The translations under genes were made by a program, and so were the position numbers. The notes beneath the pieces were generated by a model. The model searched no databases. It worked only from the letters and a program-made list of their open reading frames with translations, and had not been told where the DNA came from. Shown here piece after piece: positions 11,883 through 21,099 of a stretch of 64,000 nucleotides of DNA (within the stretch, counting starts at the first letter, position 1; each line of letters opens with the position of its first letter). The stretch is taken from NCBI GenBank assembly GCA_965116495.1, contig OZ220696.1:192001-256000 (forward strand), in the 5' to 3' direction. Origin of the DNA: Gammaproteobacteria bacterium (GTDB lineage Bacteria; Pseudomonadota; Gammaproteobacteria; Eutrophobiales; Eutrophobiaceae).

Positions 11883-14005
11883 TGCGTGATTCCTCCGGTG
11901 CGTTCTGTTATTCCGGCAGTTTTTGCCGCTCCGGGATATCTGCCTGCTACCTGTCGCGCCGGTGTGACAAGGTCAAACAAAATCCTGGCAGTTTCATCGA
12001 GTAACGGATCGACATCTTCCAGTTCGTCGTCAATTTCAAGGTCAGTGGCATCGGCAGGTACCGGCTCCAATCCTGCCGCAACGCGATATTCATTGTGCAG
12101 CTCTGTTGATGCGAGCCGGCGCTTTTCGCGCTCCGCCTTGCGTTTGACCTCCTGCAAACTGACGGTTTTTAAATTATCGACCACTTGCACCGCTTCAATC
12201 TCCCTGAGCATAAGTTTTATTAAGCGGTTGTTTTTTATGCGTTTCTCATGAAGTTCCCTGGCCCTGGCAAAACTCTCTACAGGTGCGCTGGTTGCTGTGA
12301 AATGGACCGGTTTGACCTCAGCCCAGGGCAGGGCGTTGTCCAGCACCCGTTCACCGTAGTCCTTGTCATAGAGGGCGGTGGGGAAAATGATATCCGGGGT
12401 TACTCCACGGTGTTGATTACTGCCGCCGCTGATACGGAAAAACTGTGCAATCGTAGCTTTCAGCCGGCCATGGTCCTCATCCGAGGCTTCGGTAAAATGA
12501 TTTAAATCAATGATGTTCTGTACGGTGCCTTTGCCGAAAGTAGGTTCGCCGATGATGATCCCGCGCCGGTAGTCCTGGATTGCCCCGGCAAAAATCTCGG
12601 AAGCCGATGCGCTGTTGCGGTTCACCAGTACGGCCAATGGGCCGCCATAAGTGATATCCGGGTCGGGATCGTTGTTGACCTCGATCTTGCCGGAGTAGTC
12701 CCTGGTCTGAACGATAGGGCCGGCTTCTATGAACAGGCCGGTCAATTCCAGCGATTCGCTCAACGAACCACCGCCGTTACCGCGCAGGTCTATAATCAGG
12801 CCGTCCAGGTTTTTATCCTTTAACCCGGAAAGTAAACGCCTTACGTCCCGGGTCGTGCTGCGATAGTCCTTTTCTCCTTTCGCCTGTGCCGGGAAATCGC
12901 TGTAAAAGGCGGGTACGTCTATAACGCCGATCACTCCGCCATTTTCCAATCGGATAACCTGTGATTTGGCTGCCTGCTCTTCCAGCCTGATTTCATCCCG
13001 GGTGATGGAGATGACTTTACCGGCGCTTTCAAAGCCGGTTTTATCGGACAGAATTTCCAACCTGACTACAGAGCCTTTCGGGCCCCGTATCATATCAACC
13101 ACGTCATCCAGACGCCAGCCCACCACGTCCATTATCTTGCCGTGGATGCCTTGTCCGACACCGATGACCTTATCTTCCGCGTGCAGTTGCCCGCCGAGTT
13201 CGGCCGGTCCTCCGGGGATAATTTTCTGCACCACCGTGTAATCGTGCTCCGCCCGCAGGACCGCGCCGATTCCCTCCAGGGAAAGGCTCATGGTGATGTC
13301 GAAGTTTTCCGATGAACGCGGGGTAAAATAGAAAGTATGGGGTTCTATCACGACTGTATAGGCATTGATGAACGACTGGAACACGTCATTGGAATTCAAC
13401 TGGAATGTACCGGTTTTAAAGCGTGAATAGCGCTTGTGCAGTATTTCCTGTATCTCATCGGCATCCTTGTCCGCAAGTCGCAACATCAGGTAATCGTTTT
13501 TTACCTTCTTCCTCCAGATTTCGTTCAATTCTCCTTCAGTCTGCGCCCAGTCATTTTCCTGCCTGTCAAACATATAGACTTCATCGATGTTGAAATCAAA
13601 ACCGGTTTCAAGCAATTCCTGTGCATAGGCGGACCGTTCGGCAACCCGCTGGCGGTAAATCCTGAAGATTGCATAGGCGGGGCCAAGGTCCGGTTCTTCA
13701 AGCGCGTCGTCCAGCAGGTAGCGATAACGCTCAAAGGATGTTATATCCTGTTTCAGAAAAAAACTGCGATTCCCATCCAGGCTGTCCAGGTAGGAATCCA
13801 GTATCTGGCTGGATAAACCGTCATCCAGTTGTTTTTTCCGGTAATGGTACTTATTTATGATATGGGTGATGATTACCGTCGCACGCTCGTGGCGTTCCTC
13901 AGCCTGAAGCTCTTCGTCGATAACAAGCGGGGTCGCGCCGGCACTTGCCGCCAGCGCCATGAACAGCACCAGGGCTATTCTATTCATTATTTTCCCGGCC
14001 GGCAT
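11879..14005 (-). CDS. prc: Carboxy-terminal (tail-specific) processing protease, S41 family
   Basis: PDZ region, DLRGNGGG, SASASEI, FGKGTVQ motifs. Confidence 0.95.
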   Translation of the reverse strand: MPAGKIMNRIALVLFMALAASAGATPLVIDEELQAEERHERATVIITHIINKYHYRKKQLDDGLSSQILDSYLDSLDGNRSFFLKQDITSFERYRYLLDDALEEPDLGPAYAIFRIYRQRVAERSAYAQELLETGFDFNIDEVYMFDRQENDWAQTEGELNEIWRKKVKNDYLMLRLADKDADEIQEILHKRYSRFKTGTFQLNSNDVFQSFINAYTVVIEPHTFYFTPRSSENFDITMSLSLEGIGAVLRAEHDYTVVQKIIPGGPAELGGQLHAEDKVIGVGQGIHGKIMDVVGWRLDDVVDMIRGPKGSVVRLEILSDKTGFESAGKVISITRDEIRLEEQAAKSQVIRLENGGVIGVIDVPAFYSDFPAQAKGEKDYRSTTRDVRRLLSGLKDKNLDGLIIDLRGNGGGSLSESLELTGLFIEAGPIVQTRDYSGKIEVNNDPDPDITYGGPLAVLVNRNSASASEIFAGAIQDYRRGIIIGEPTFGKGTVQNIIDLNHFTEASDEDHGRLKATIAQFFRISGGSNQHRGVTPDIIFPTALYDKDYGERVLDNALPWAEVKPVHFTATSAPVESFARARELHEKRIKNNRLIKLMLREIEAVQVVDNLKTVSLQEVKRKAEREKRRLASTELHNEYRVAAGLEPVPADATDLEIDDELEDVDPLLDETARILFDLVTPARQVAGRYPGAAKTAGITERTGGITQ

Positions 14006-14450
14006 ATTGTAGCTGTTCCATTCGTTGCTTCAGATGATTCGCTTCCCGCCTGTTTCCACCCAGGAATACGGGCGCCGTCTCCAGGTAGTCAATCAGGTCG
14101 CGCAAGGCCTCCCGGTTGTTCACGTCCAGGTCGACAGCCTTGCGGAATTGTTTCAAGGTCTTTTTCGCATAAGACATGGCCTTGAACCAGTCGACGTTTT
14201 CAGCGATACGCCCATAACATTTTCCCAGCCAGTGGTGCAGGAATGAAGTATCCGGCGCCGACTGCAGGGCGCGCTTGAAATTCCTGACGGCCTCCTTGTA
14301 ATGGCCTCTCTCATACGCGGCGATTCCTGCGTTGACCGGGTCATCAGTATTGCCGGCGGCCAGGCCGGCGGAACTGTTGAAGCCCAGGATCAACACGGCC
14401 AGCGTGCACATAATGCGGGACCTACATGCTGTCAGCAGGGGATTGTACAT
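13980..14450 (-). CDS. Exported TPR-repeat protein
   Basis: Signal-like N-terminus from MYNPLL (14450) and TPR-like helices; the upstream extension in the ORF track is repeat-derived. Confidence 0.7.
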   Translation of the reverse strand: MYNPLLTACRSRIMCTLAVLILGFNSSAGLAAGNTDDPVNAGIAAYERGHYKEAVRNFKRALQSAPDTSFLHHWLGKCYGRIAENVDWFKAMSYAKKTLKQFRKAVDLDVNNREALRDLIDYLETAPVFLGGNRREANHLKQRMEQLQYAGRENNE

Positions 14451-14468
14451 TCTCAAGTATAGCCGGAG

Positions 14469-14563
14469 TAATGGGGTCAGGTCGCACAATGCACACGCAG
14501 AGATATTGTTGAACTTTATACTTATCTTTGTTTGCGTGTGCATTGTGCGACCTGACCCCATTA
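14469..14563. repeat. REP-like long inverted repeat, copy 2
   Basis: 31-bp arms at 14469-14499 and 14533-14563 with core identical to 1389-1483; loop unrelated. Confidence 0.9.
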
Positions 14564-15235
14564 ATGTACCGCGATTAATTCGACCTCAAAAATCAGGGTT
14601 TCATCCGGTCCGATAGCTCCCTGTCCCTCGGGGCCGTAGGCAAGTTCCGACGGGATATACAGTTGCCACTTCGCGCCTGTTTTCATCAGGGGCAATGCCT
14701 GCTGCCAGCCCACAATGACACGGTTAAGGGCCAGCGTTGCAGGCTGGTTACGCTGGTAGGAACTATCGAACTCGTTACCGTTAAGCAGCGTGCCCCGGTA
14801 ATGAACGGTCACTTCGCTGTCGGGTCCCGGATTTGCCCCGGTCCCGGGCCGCAGGATTTTATATTGCAGGCCGTTATCCAGCTCTACCACGCCTTCTTTC
14901 GCCCTGTTTTGTTCCAGAAACTTTTTTCCGGCCTGATCGTTCGCAGTAGCTTGCCTGGTCCTTTTTTCCTGTTCCTGCTGCTGGAACGTTGCAAAGATGG
15001 TCTGTATTTCTTCGACGGACAGTTTCGGTTGATCTTTATTCAGTATGTCAGATACCGCGGCCATGAAGTGTTCCACATCCATGTTGATATCCTGCTGCGA
15101 TACGCTCTGGGCAAAAAATACACCCAGGGCATAACTTAGTTTCTGTTTTTCCGTCATGTCCTGTTCATCACCAAAAACCGGCAGAACAAAAACAAAAAAT
15201 ACTGATAAAGCAATGTATAAAATATATCTATTCAT
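14561..15235 (-). CDS. FKBP-type peptidyl-prolyl isomerase (FkpA/FklB/Mip family)
   Basis: SYALG N-domain, VHYRGTL..FDSSY, VIVGW, IPSELAYG; start MNRYIL at 15235. Confidence 0.93.
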   Translation of the reverse strand: MNRYILYIALSVFFVFVLPVFGDEQDMTEKQKLSYALGVFFAQSVSQQDINMDVEHFMAAVSDILNKDQPKLSVEEIQTIFATFQQQEQEKRTRQATANDQAGKKFLEQNRAKEGVVELDNGLQYKILRPGTGANPGPDSEVTVHYRGTLLNGNEFDSSYQRNQPATLALNRVIVGWQQALPLMKTGAKWQLYIPSELAYGPEGQGAIGPDETLIFEVELIAVH

Positions 15236-15425
15236 GTAAATTCTCAGATTACGGGGCCGTATCCCGGATATTACATCTTTACACGTAACGTCATAAATCC
15301 CGTTACTCTCTGGATTCCTGCATTCGCAGAAATGACGAATCATGATGCGGCATTATTTATGTCGTTGTGTATAGTTTGCGTTGGGAATTATATACGATAG
15401 TGCCGACGGGATAGTGCTGACAGGG

Positions 15426-15761
15426 TTATTCATTGCCTTTTGCGGAGCTTGCGATTGTTGATAGCATTCGATCAAAAAGCTGAACCACTTCTTCCATTCC
15501 CAGTTTTTTTGCCACCAACACAAACCCCACCAATTGCAGCAATCCTATTATTAGCGGCCCCATAAAAGACTGCATAGACATGAAGAAGCATACATTCAGC
15601 AGTATTGTGGTAACCAGAATCCATATAAAACGTTCTTCTTTCCTTCCGTCCCTTTCCTTTTCTAGAGCATCTTCAAGTCTGGCTGTCGTCTTGTCATGCA
15701 GTGCTTGTTCCTGCAAGTCACCCGCTAGATCAAGGTTGTCATCATTTGTGTTTTCCTTCAT
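15426..15761 (-). CDS. Small two-TM membrane protein, putative toxin partner of the Panacea antitoxin
   Basis: Overlaps the upstream Panacea gene by 20 nt; charged N-terminus then two hydrophobic helices. Confidence 0.6.
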   Translation of the reverse strand: MKENTNDDNLDLAGDLQEQALHDKTTARLEDALEKERDGRKEERFIWILVTTILLNVCFFMSMQSFMGPLIIGLLQLVGFVLVAKKLGMEEVVQLFDRMLSTIASSAKGNE

Positions 15762-16206
15762 TTCTCAGGCTCCTGCGCTCGCGGTATTCTTCAAGAATAT
15801 CTTCATTAGGTATTTCTATTCCCCTGACTCCTGGAACATAGTGTTTAGCCCAAGCACCACCTTCCCTGTGTGTTGTCGCGATAAGTTGAGCGCTGGAAAT
15901 AGCCGATAATTGTTTAGCTGCTGCATCTAGAATCTTCTTCTCTGTTCCTTCCTTTTCAAGATTATCAATAGAATGAAATATATTGCCGACAGGGTCTGCC
16001 CCGAATACCTTTGCGTGATGATAAAGGTCTGGATACACAGGGCCGTAGTCCCAAGCCTCAAAAAGACCATGAACAAGAGGACTATCGTAATTGCCCAAAT
16101 GATACATATGAGCTATATATAGTATCTTCTGCATTTTCAGGTTTGAAAGAGACCAGCCAGCCTGCTTGCCGAGATGTTTAGCAGCTTCTGATATAGAGAT
16201 AGCCAT
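15742..16206 (-). CDS. Panacea (DUF4065/SocA-like) antitoxin
   Basis: SNLKMQKILY, FEAWDYGPV, TH..GAW motifs; ATG at 16206. Confidence 0.88.
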   Translation of the reverse strand: MAISISEAAKHLGKQAGWSLSNLKMQKILYIAHMYHLGNYDSPLVHGLFEAWDYGPVYPDLYHHAKVFGADPVGNIFHSIDNLEKEGTEKKILDAAAKQLSAISSAQLIATTHREGGAWAKHYVPGVRGIEIPNEDILEEYRERRSLRNEGKHK

Positions 16207-16360
16207 GATTAGCAAAATTGCTCAATGGTTAATATAATCTTCTCTCTGTCTGTCATTGCAGCTTCCTCATTTGTAATGGGCAATAGTCTGCAATTATCAC
16301 TCGCAGCACGGAAATTATACAAACTTTTGAAAACAACAGTAAAATAATTGAAAATAAACC

Positions 16361-16389
16361 TTGACATTTTCGGCACTATTCTGTAAAAT
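16361..16389 (+). promoter_or_regulatory. Sigma70-like promoter of the transposase
   Basis: TTGACA-17 nt-TAAAAT; spacer contains TCGGCACTAT, identical to part of the TIR. Confidence 0.7.
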
Positions 16390-16414
16390 ATCTCTAAACA
16401 CTGGAGATACTGAC

Positions 16415-17374
16415 ACGGTACACAACGCACCCGGCAAACACTTTCGTAAAGGCATATCCTTACAGGACATTTTCAAGATGTTCCCGGACAGCGCCACAGC
16501 CGAAGCCTGGTTTGCACAACGCCGTTGGAATGGGACACCGGCCTGCCCACATTGTGGATCGGAAAACGTCCAATCCGGAGCCAAGCACAAGACCATGCCG
16601 TACCGTTGCCGTGAAAAGGAATGCGCCAAGCGGTTCAGCGTCAAGACGGGAACCGTGATGCAAAACTCCAACCTGGATTATCAGGTCTGGGCGATTGCCA
16701 TTTACCTGATGGTCACCAACATCAAGGGCGTATCCAGTATGAAGCTGCACCGGGATTTGAGCATTACACAAAAATCAGCCTGGCACCTGGCGCACCGGCT
16801 GCGTACCTCCTGGAAAGCCAATAGCGCCCAGTTTGCCGGGCCGGTGGAAGTCGATGAAACCTACATCGGTGGGAAGGAAGGGAACAAGCACGCCAGCAAA
16901 AAGACCAACGCAGGCCGGGGGACGGTAGGCAAGACGGCTGTAGTAGGCGGTAAGGACAGGGAGACAAACCAGGTTGTCGCCGGTAGCGTGAAGAAAACGG
17001 ACAAGGAAACACTGCATGGCTTCGTTCAGGCCATATCCGATCAGGATGCACGGGTTACACCGATGATGCAACGGCCTACACAGGGCTGCCCAGGGCGCAT
17101 GAGAGCGTCAAGCACAGCGTCAATGAGTTTGTGAAGGGACAAGCCCATACCAACGGGATTGAGAGCTTCCGGGCGCTGTTAAAGCGGGGCTATCATGGGA
17201 TTTATCATCATATGTCAGAGAAGCACCTGGACAGGTACGTAGGGGAGTTTTCGGGCCAGCATAACATCCGGGGACAGGATACCATCAACCAGATCGCCAG
17301 TATCTCCAAAGGCATGGAGCATATCCAAAGGCATGGAGCATAAGCGGCTTCGGTATCAGGACTTGATCGCGTAG
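16415..17374 (+). pseudogene. IS1595-family transposase pseudogene
   Basis: Zn ribbon CPHC..C.C, VEVDETYIGG, VYTDD (broken by a frameshift near 17055), HTNGIES; probable ATG>ACG at 16415; 19-bp tandem duplication at 17305-17342. Confidence 0.9.
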
Positions 17375-17386
17375 GCTGGGGGCGAC

Positions 17387-18268
17387 ATGGCAAAAACAGA
17401 AATGCGCGCCTTTGGCACGTCGGACCGTACCGGTCATGACTCAAGCGGGTTCTATAAGCGCAAGATGTATAAACAAGATCGCGATGCTCCAGGTGCTGAT
17501 GATGCGCAGGAAATCGAATGCGATGAGGATACAACCAATCGTATCTACAATCATTCAAGTGCTGACATGAGCCAACTGCCGGATAATTCTGTGCATCTGA
17601 TGGTGACTTCTCCACCCTACAATGTCGGCAAGGAATATGACGATGACCTGACAGACGACGAGTATTCAGAGCTTTTAATATCGGTGTGGTCTGAAGTTTA
17701 CCGTGTGCTGGTTCCCGGCGGCAGAGCGTGTGTAAATATAGCAAACCTCGGGCGCAAACCCTACCTTCCGATTAACGCCATGATCTCGCAACAAATGAAT
17801 GATATTGGGTACCTGATGCGCGGAGAAATTATTTGGGACAAGTCGGCAAGCGCAGGTACTTCATGTGCATGGGGAAGCTGGAAATCAGCATCAAACCCGG
17901 TCCTGAGGGATATACACGAATACATACTTGTTTTCTCAAAGGGAAGATATAACCGCCCTTCAAAAGATAAAACATCCACAATATCAAACAGTGAGTTTCT
18001 TGACTTCACAAAAAGTATATGGACATTTCCATCTGAATCGGCAAAGCGAGTTAAGCATCCTGCGCCCTTTCCGGTAGAGTTGCCCAGAAGACTTATTCAG
18101 CTATACACCTACTCTGGAGATATAGTTCTTGATCCGTTCATGGGATCGGGGACAACTGCAGTGGCCGCTAGTAAATCAGGCAGGCGCTATGTTGGTTATG
18201 ACACCTCATCGGAATATGTAAAGATCGCAGAAGACAGACTGGCCCAAGATGAACTCCTGCTTGTATGA
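17387..18268 (+). CDS. Amino-DNA methyltransferase, beta class (probably N4-cytosine)
   Basis: TSPPY motif IV precedes HPAPFP and LDPFMGSGTT motif I. Confidence 0.92.
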   Translation: MAKTEMRAFGTSDRTGHDSSGFYKRKMYKQDRDAPGADDAQEIECDEDTTNRIYNHSSADMSQLPDNSVHLMVTSPPYNVGKEYDDDLTDDEYSELLISVWSEVYRVLVPGGRACVNIANLGRKPYLPINAMISQQMNDIGYLMRGEIIWDKSASAGTSCAWGSWKSASNPVLRDIHEYILVFSKGRYNRPSKDKTSTISNSEFLDFTKSIWTFPSESAKRVKHPAPFPVELPRRLIQLYTYSGDIVLDPFMGSGTTAVAASKSGRRYVGYDTSSEYVKIAEDRLAQDELLLV

Positions 18269-18890
18269 TCTTTTCCAGATAAGAGAAAAACGCCACAGGT
18301 TCGCAATAGGGCTACCTACGGCATTTGATATGGTTCAACAACGAATGCCGAAAGGGAATCCGGCTGTAGGCATTCTTCGCGAACATGTCATCATCGGCTT
18401 TTTTGTCGATGAGTTTGGAGAAAACAAAGTGAGTACGCCGGGACGAGGCAACGAGCGAAGCTACGATGTGATTCTCTGTGGACAGGAATTATCGGTTAAA
18501 ACTCGAACGGGGGAAGGCGGAGTCAAAATACTGTGGACAGTGGACACGGCTCAAGTTGAGCATGAAATCAACGAGGGCTACAAGCCGGAACACGACCTCC
18601 TTCTTGTCAACATATTCTGGGGTGTGAAAAAGGACAGTGTGTTTTATATTCCGCTATCCGCCCAAAAGTCAATATTGGCCAGCATTGGAAGAGAAAAATA
18701 CCTGTCATCCGCCACAGGAACGAATAATAGGGGAATTGAGATACGAGGGAAGGCAATATCAGCACTTAAATCACATTCGGACAGTTATAGATTTCCGGTA
18801 AACTGGGTGACTGCGAATATCAACTATCCGGATCCGTGGCAGGAATGGACGGATTATTGGAGACAGGGCGAATACCTAACAGACAATTAA
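18249..18890 (+). CDS. Type II restriction endonuclease, ThaI-like
   Basis: VG..RE, DV...ELSVKT (PD-(D/E)xK variant), GVKILWTVD, TNNRGIEI resemble the ThaI family; overlaps MTase end. Confidence 0.75.
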   Translation: MNSCLYDLFQIREKRHRFAIGLPTAFDMVQQRMPKGNPAVGILREHVIIGFFVDEFGENKVSTPGRGNERSYDVILCGQELSVKTRTGEGGVKILWTVDTAQVEHEINEGYKPEHDLLLVNIFWGVKKDSVFYIPLSAQKSILASIGREKYLSSATGTNNRGIEIRGKAISALKSHSDSYRFPVNWVTANINYPDPWQEWTDYWRQGEYLTDN

Positions 18891-18902
18891 GAGGAGACAG
18901 AA

Positions 18903-19076
18903 ATGGCAAAACCGAAACGCAAGACGCTGTATCTCAAGCCGCCGGACTACCAGCCCAGCAAGGCCGAGTTGGAAGAACCTGTCAAGCTGGATGTTCCCGG
19001 CAAGACTACGCGGGAGAAAATGGACAAGCTGGCTGATGCTGTTGTTCAGCCTGTGAATACGCTATACCGTGACTGA
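18903..19076 (+). CDS. 57-aa hypothetical protein (absent from ORF track)
   Basis: AGGAG RBS then MAKPKRKTLYLKPPDYQPSKAELEEPVKLDVPGKTTREKMDKLADAVVQPVNTLYRD*. Confidence 0.65.
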   Translation: MAKPKRKTLYLKPPDYQPSKAELEEPVKLDVPGKTTREKMDKLADAVVQPVNTLYRD

Positions 19077-19338
19077 TAAGGTCAGCGTGGAGTCTGTGAC
19101 TGCCTTGCTAGTATCCATTGCCGCCGTGCTTCGACAAGTCGACAAAGACCCGACTCTGTTGTTTTCCACAAGTCAGTTGGAAACACGTGTTCTTCAAGAG
19201 TTGATAGAGCAATGGCGCGATAATCCTGCTCTGTCAAAGGCGGATTATCACGTGGCACTAATGCTTCACGAGGCTTTCCGTCGGTCGCTGAACGATGAGA
19301 AGATGATTTTGTTCGATCCGAAGCCATTGAAACATTAA
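19069..19338 (+). CDS. Hypothetical protein
   Basis: GTG start overlaps the preceding ORF; stop 11 nt before the right TIR. Confidence 0.5.
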   Translation: MTDKVSVESVTALLVSIAAVLRQVDKDPTLLFSTSQLETRVLQELIEQWRDNPALSKADYHVALMLHEAFRRSLNDEKMILFDPKPLKH

Positions 19339-19380
19339 ACCCTATTTCTTCGGCACTATCGTATATAATTCCCTTTGCGT

Positions 19381-20421
19381 TTAATTGTTCCCTGCATTCT
19401 GATATTCATTCCCTGTCAAGGCCAGCGCTTCACCGACTATTTCCACTCCGGCATTTATTTTGCAGGCCTTTGTGGTCAAGTGACGCCGGTACGCGCGGGC
19501 ACCATGTTGCCCATGAAATAAACCCAGTATATGGCGCGCCATGGCATATAAATTTTCGCCGTTTGCCAATTCCGCTTTCATGTAATGCATGTAGTTTTGC
19601 AGTATCTGTGTGCGTGACACTGCCACATTGTTCACGCCAAACAGATTTTTGTCTACCCCGGCCAACAGGTAAGGGTTAGTGCAGACAGCCCTGCCGAGCA
19701 TGACTCCATCAACGTGGTCCATGTGGTTGCGTGCTTCAGTCAGGCTGGTGATCCCGCCGTTGATAATGATTTCCAGCAGCGGGAAATCCTGCTTCAGGCG
19801 GTAAACCAGGTCATATTGCAAAGGCGGTACCGAGCGGTTCTGCCGGGGGCTCAGACCGTGCAGCCAGGCCTTGCGTGCATGGATGATAAATGTACCGCAC
19901 CCGGCCGTTGCAACAGTCGAAATAAACCGTCCCAGGTGTTCATAACTGTCATGGTCGTCAATACCGATACGCGTTTTAACCGTCACCGGCAAATCGGCAG
20001 CCGCGATCATGGCGCGCACGCATTCGGCGACCAGTTCAGGTTCAGCCATGAGGCAGGCGCCGAAACGTCCGGACCTGACCCGCTCGCTGGGACAACCTAC
20101 ATTCAGGTTTACTTCGTCGTAACCATAATCTGCGGCGATTTTTGCACAGCACGCCAGTTGACCGGGGTCACTGCCGCCCAACTGCATACCCAGGGGGTGT
20201 TCCACATCATTAAACCCGGCATACCTGTCCGTATCTCCGTGCAGCAGGGCACCGGTTGTCAGCATTTCAGTGTATAGCATGGAACACCTGGACAGCAGGC
20301 GCAGTAAATAACGAAAATGCCTGTCCGTATGCATCATCATCGGCGCTACGCAGAATTTCCGTTCCGGCCGGGAACGGGATGGACTGTCCCCATGGCGTGA
20401 ATTATTTAATATAGTCATCAA
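19381..20421 (-). CDS. dusA: tRNA-dihydrouridine(20/20a) synthase
   Basis: VAPMM..TDRHFR, QLGGSDP, NLNVGCPS, HARKAWL motifs. Confidence 0.95.
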   Translation of the reverse strand: MMTILNNSRHGDSPSRSRPERKFCVAPMMMHTDRHFRYLLRLLSRCSMLYTEMLTTGALLHGDTDRYAGFNDVEHPLGMQLGGSDPGQLACCAKIAADYGYDEVNLNVGCPSERVRSGRFGACLMAEPELVAECVRAMIAAADLPVTVKTRIGIDDHDSYEHLGRFISTVATAGCGTFIIHARKAWLHGLSPRQNRSVPPLQYDLVYRLKQDFPLLEIIINGGITSLTEARNHMDHVDGVMLGRAVCTNPYLLAGVDKNLFGVNNVAVSRTQILQNYMHYMKAELANGENLYAMARHILGLFHGQHGARAYRRHLTTKACKINAGVEIVGEALALTGNEYQNAGNN

Positions 20422-21079
20422 GCAATTGGTTGGTAAACCGGGTCCGAAGGTAAAACCCCCTGGGCAGGGTCAACCCGGCTTTACCATTGGCCAACGTAGC
20501 CCGGGCCAGGCTGGCGGAACTGGCTGCCTTGGGTCTTACCTGTAAATATTCGCCGTGTTTTGCGCTGATCCTGTCAAATTCACCAAAACATATCATCTCG
20601 ATCAATTCATGCCAATCCTGTTCGAGTACCCGCGCCTGTTCCGCCGAAGGGCTCCACAGGAAGGCGTTTCCAACCCTGCTGTTGATCGGGAGGATGCCCG
20701 GGTCGGCTTCGATCGGTACCCAGAGTACCCGCTCAAGTTTATGCCTGACGGCTGAATCGGGCCAGCGCAAGCCGGCTGAGACCGTCATCGGCGTCATGCA
20801 GACGAATGTCGATTCTTTTGCCCGCCCCCGTCGATTAACGGGTATGGTTTTTAATTCTATGCCGAGTGCTTGGAAGTCCGGTTCGGGTTTCGAAGCCGCG
20901 CTGGCGCCGAGATAGCGTTCAATGAGCTGGCCGGCCCAACCTTTCGCCCCGGACCGGGATGCAGGGACGGCGATATCCAGTTCGGTAGCGAGTTGGCCGA
21001 GAGACTTTCCGGCCAGCGCGCGGCAACGGGAAAGCAACTCGGCTTCTGACTTCGGCGGCTGTGCGCTAATCTGCGTCAT
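20402..21079 (-). CDS. mutH: DNA mismatch repair endonuclease MutH
   Basis: KGWAGQLIE..LGA.A.SKPEPDF..LGIELKTIP, QVRPKAA, PRGFYLR; start probably 21079. Confidence 0.92.
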   Translation of the reverse strand: MTQISAQPPKSEAELLSRCRALAGKSLGQLATELDIAVPASRSGAKGWAGQLIERYLGASAASKPEPDFQALGIELKTIPVNRRGRAKESTFVCMTPMTVSAGLRWPDSAVRHKLERVLWVPIEADPGILPINSRVGNAFLWSPSAEQARVLEQDWHELIEMICFGEFDRISAKHGEYLQVRPKAASSASLARATLANGKAGLTLPRGFYLRTRFTNQLLDDYIK

Positions 21080-21099
21080 CTGCGGAAATATCAGGCGGA

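Larger units (their letters stand above)
15383..19373 (+). mobile_element. IS1595-family transposon carrying passenger genes
   Basis: Perfect 24-bp TIR GGGAATTATATACGATAGTGCCGA at 15383-15406 and 19350-19373; 8-bp TSD TTTGCGTT at 15375-15382 and 19374-19381; IS1595-type transposase inside. Confidence 0.95.

Noticed and set aside
14451-14561. N-terminal extension MGSGRTMH of the TPR ORF (and ORF 1293-1478)
   Set aside because: It is the translation of the repeat arm, identical at both repeat copies.
17040-17140. Programmed frameshift in the IS1595 transposase
   Set aside because: No slippery run at the break, which falls in the catalytic VYTDD motif, and other lesions are present; a pseudogene is more likely.
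18836-19036. 66-aa ORF in the track
   Set aside because: Shadow of the 18903-19076 ORF, which has the RBS and does not overlap the endonuclease.
15383-19381. dusA-associated integrative island
   Set aside because: No tyrosine integrase; the boundaries are TIRs plus an 8-bp TSD at the dusA 3' end, which indicates transposition.
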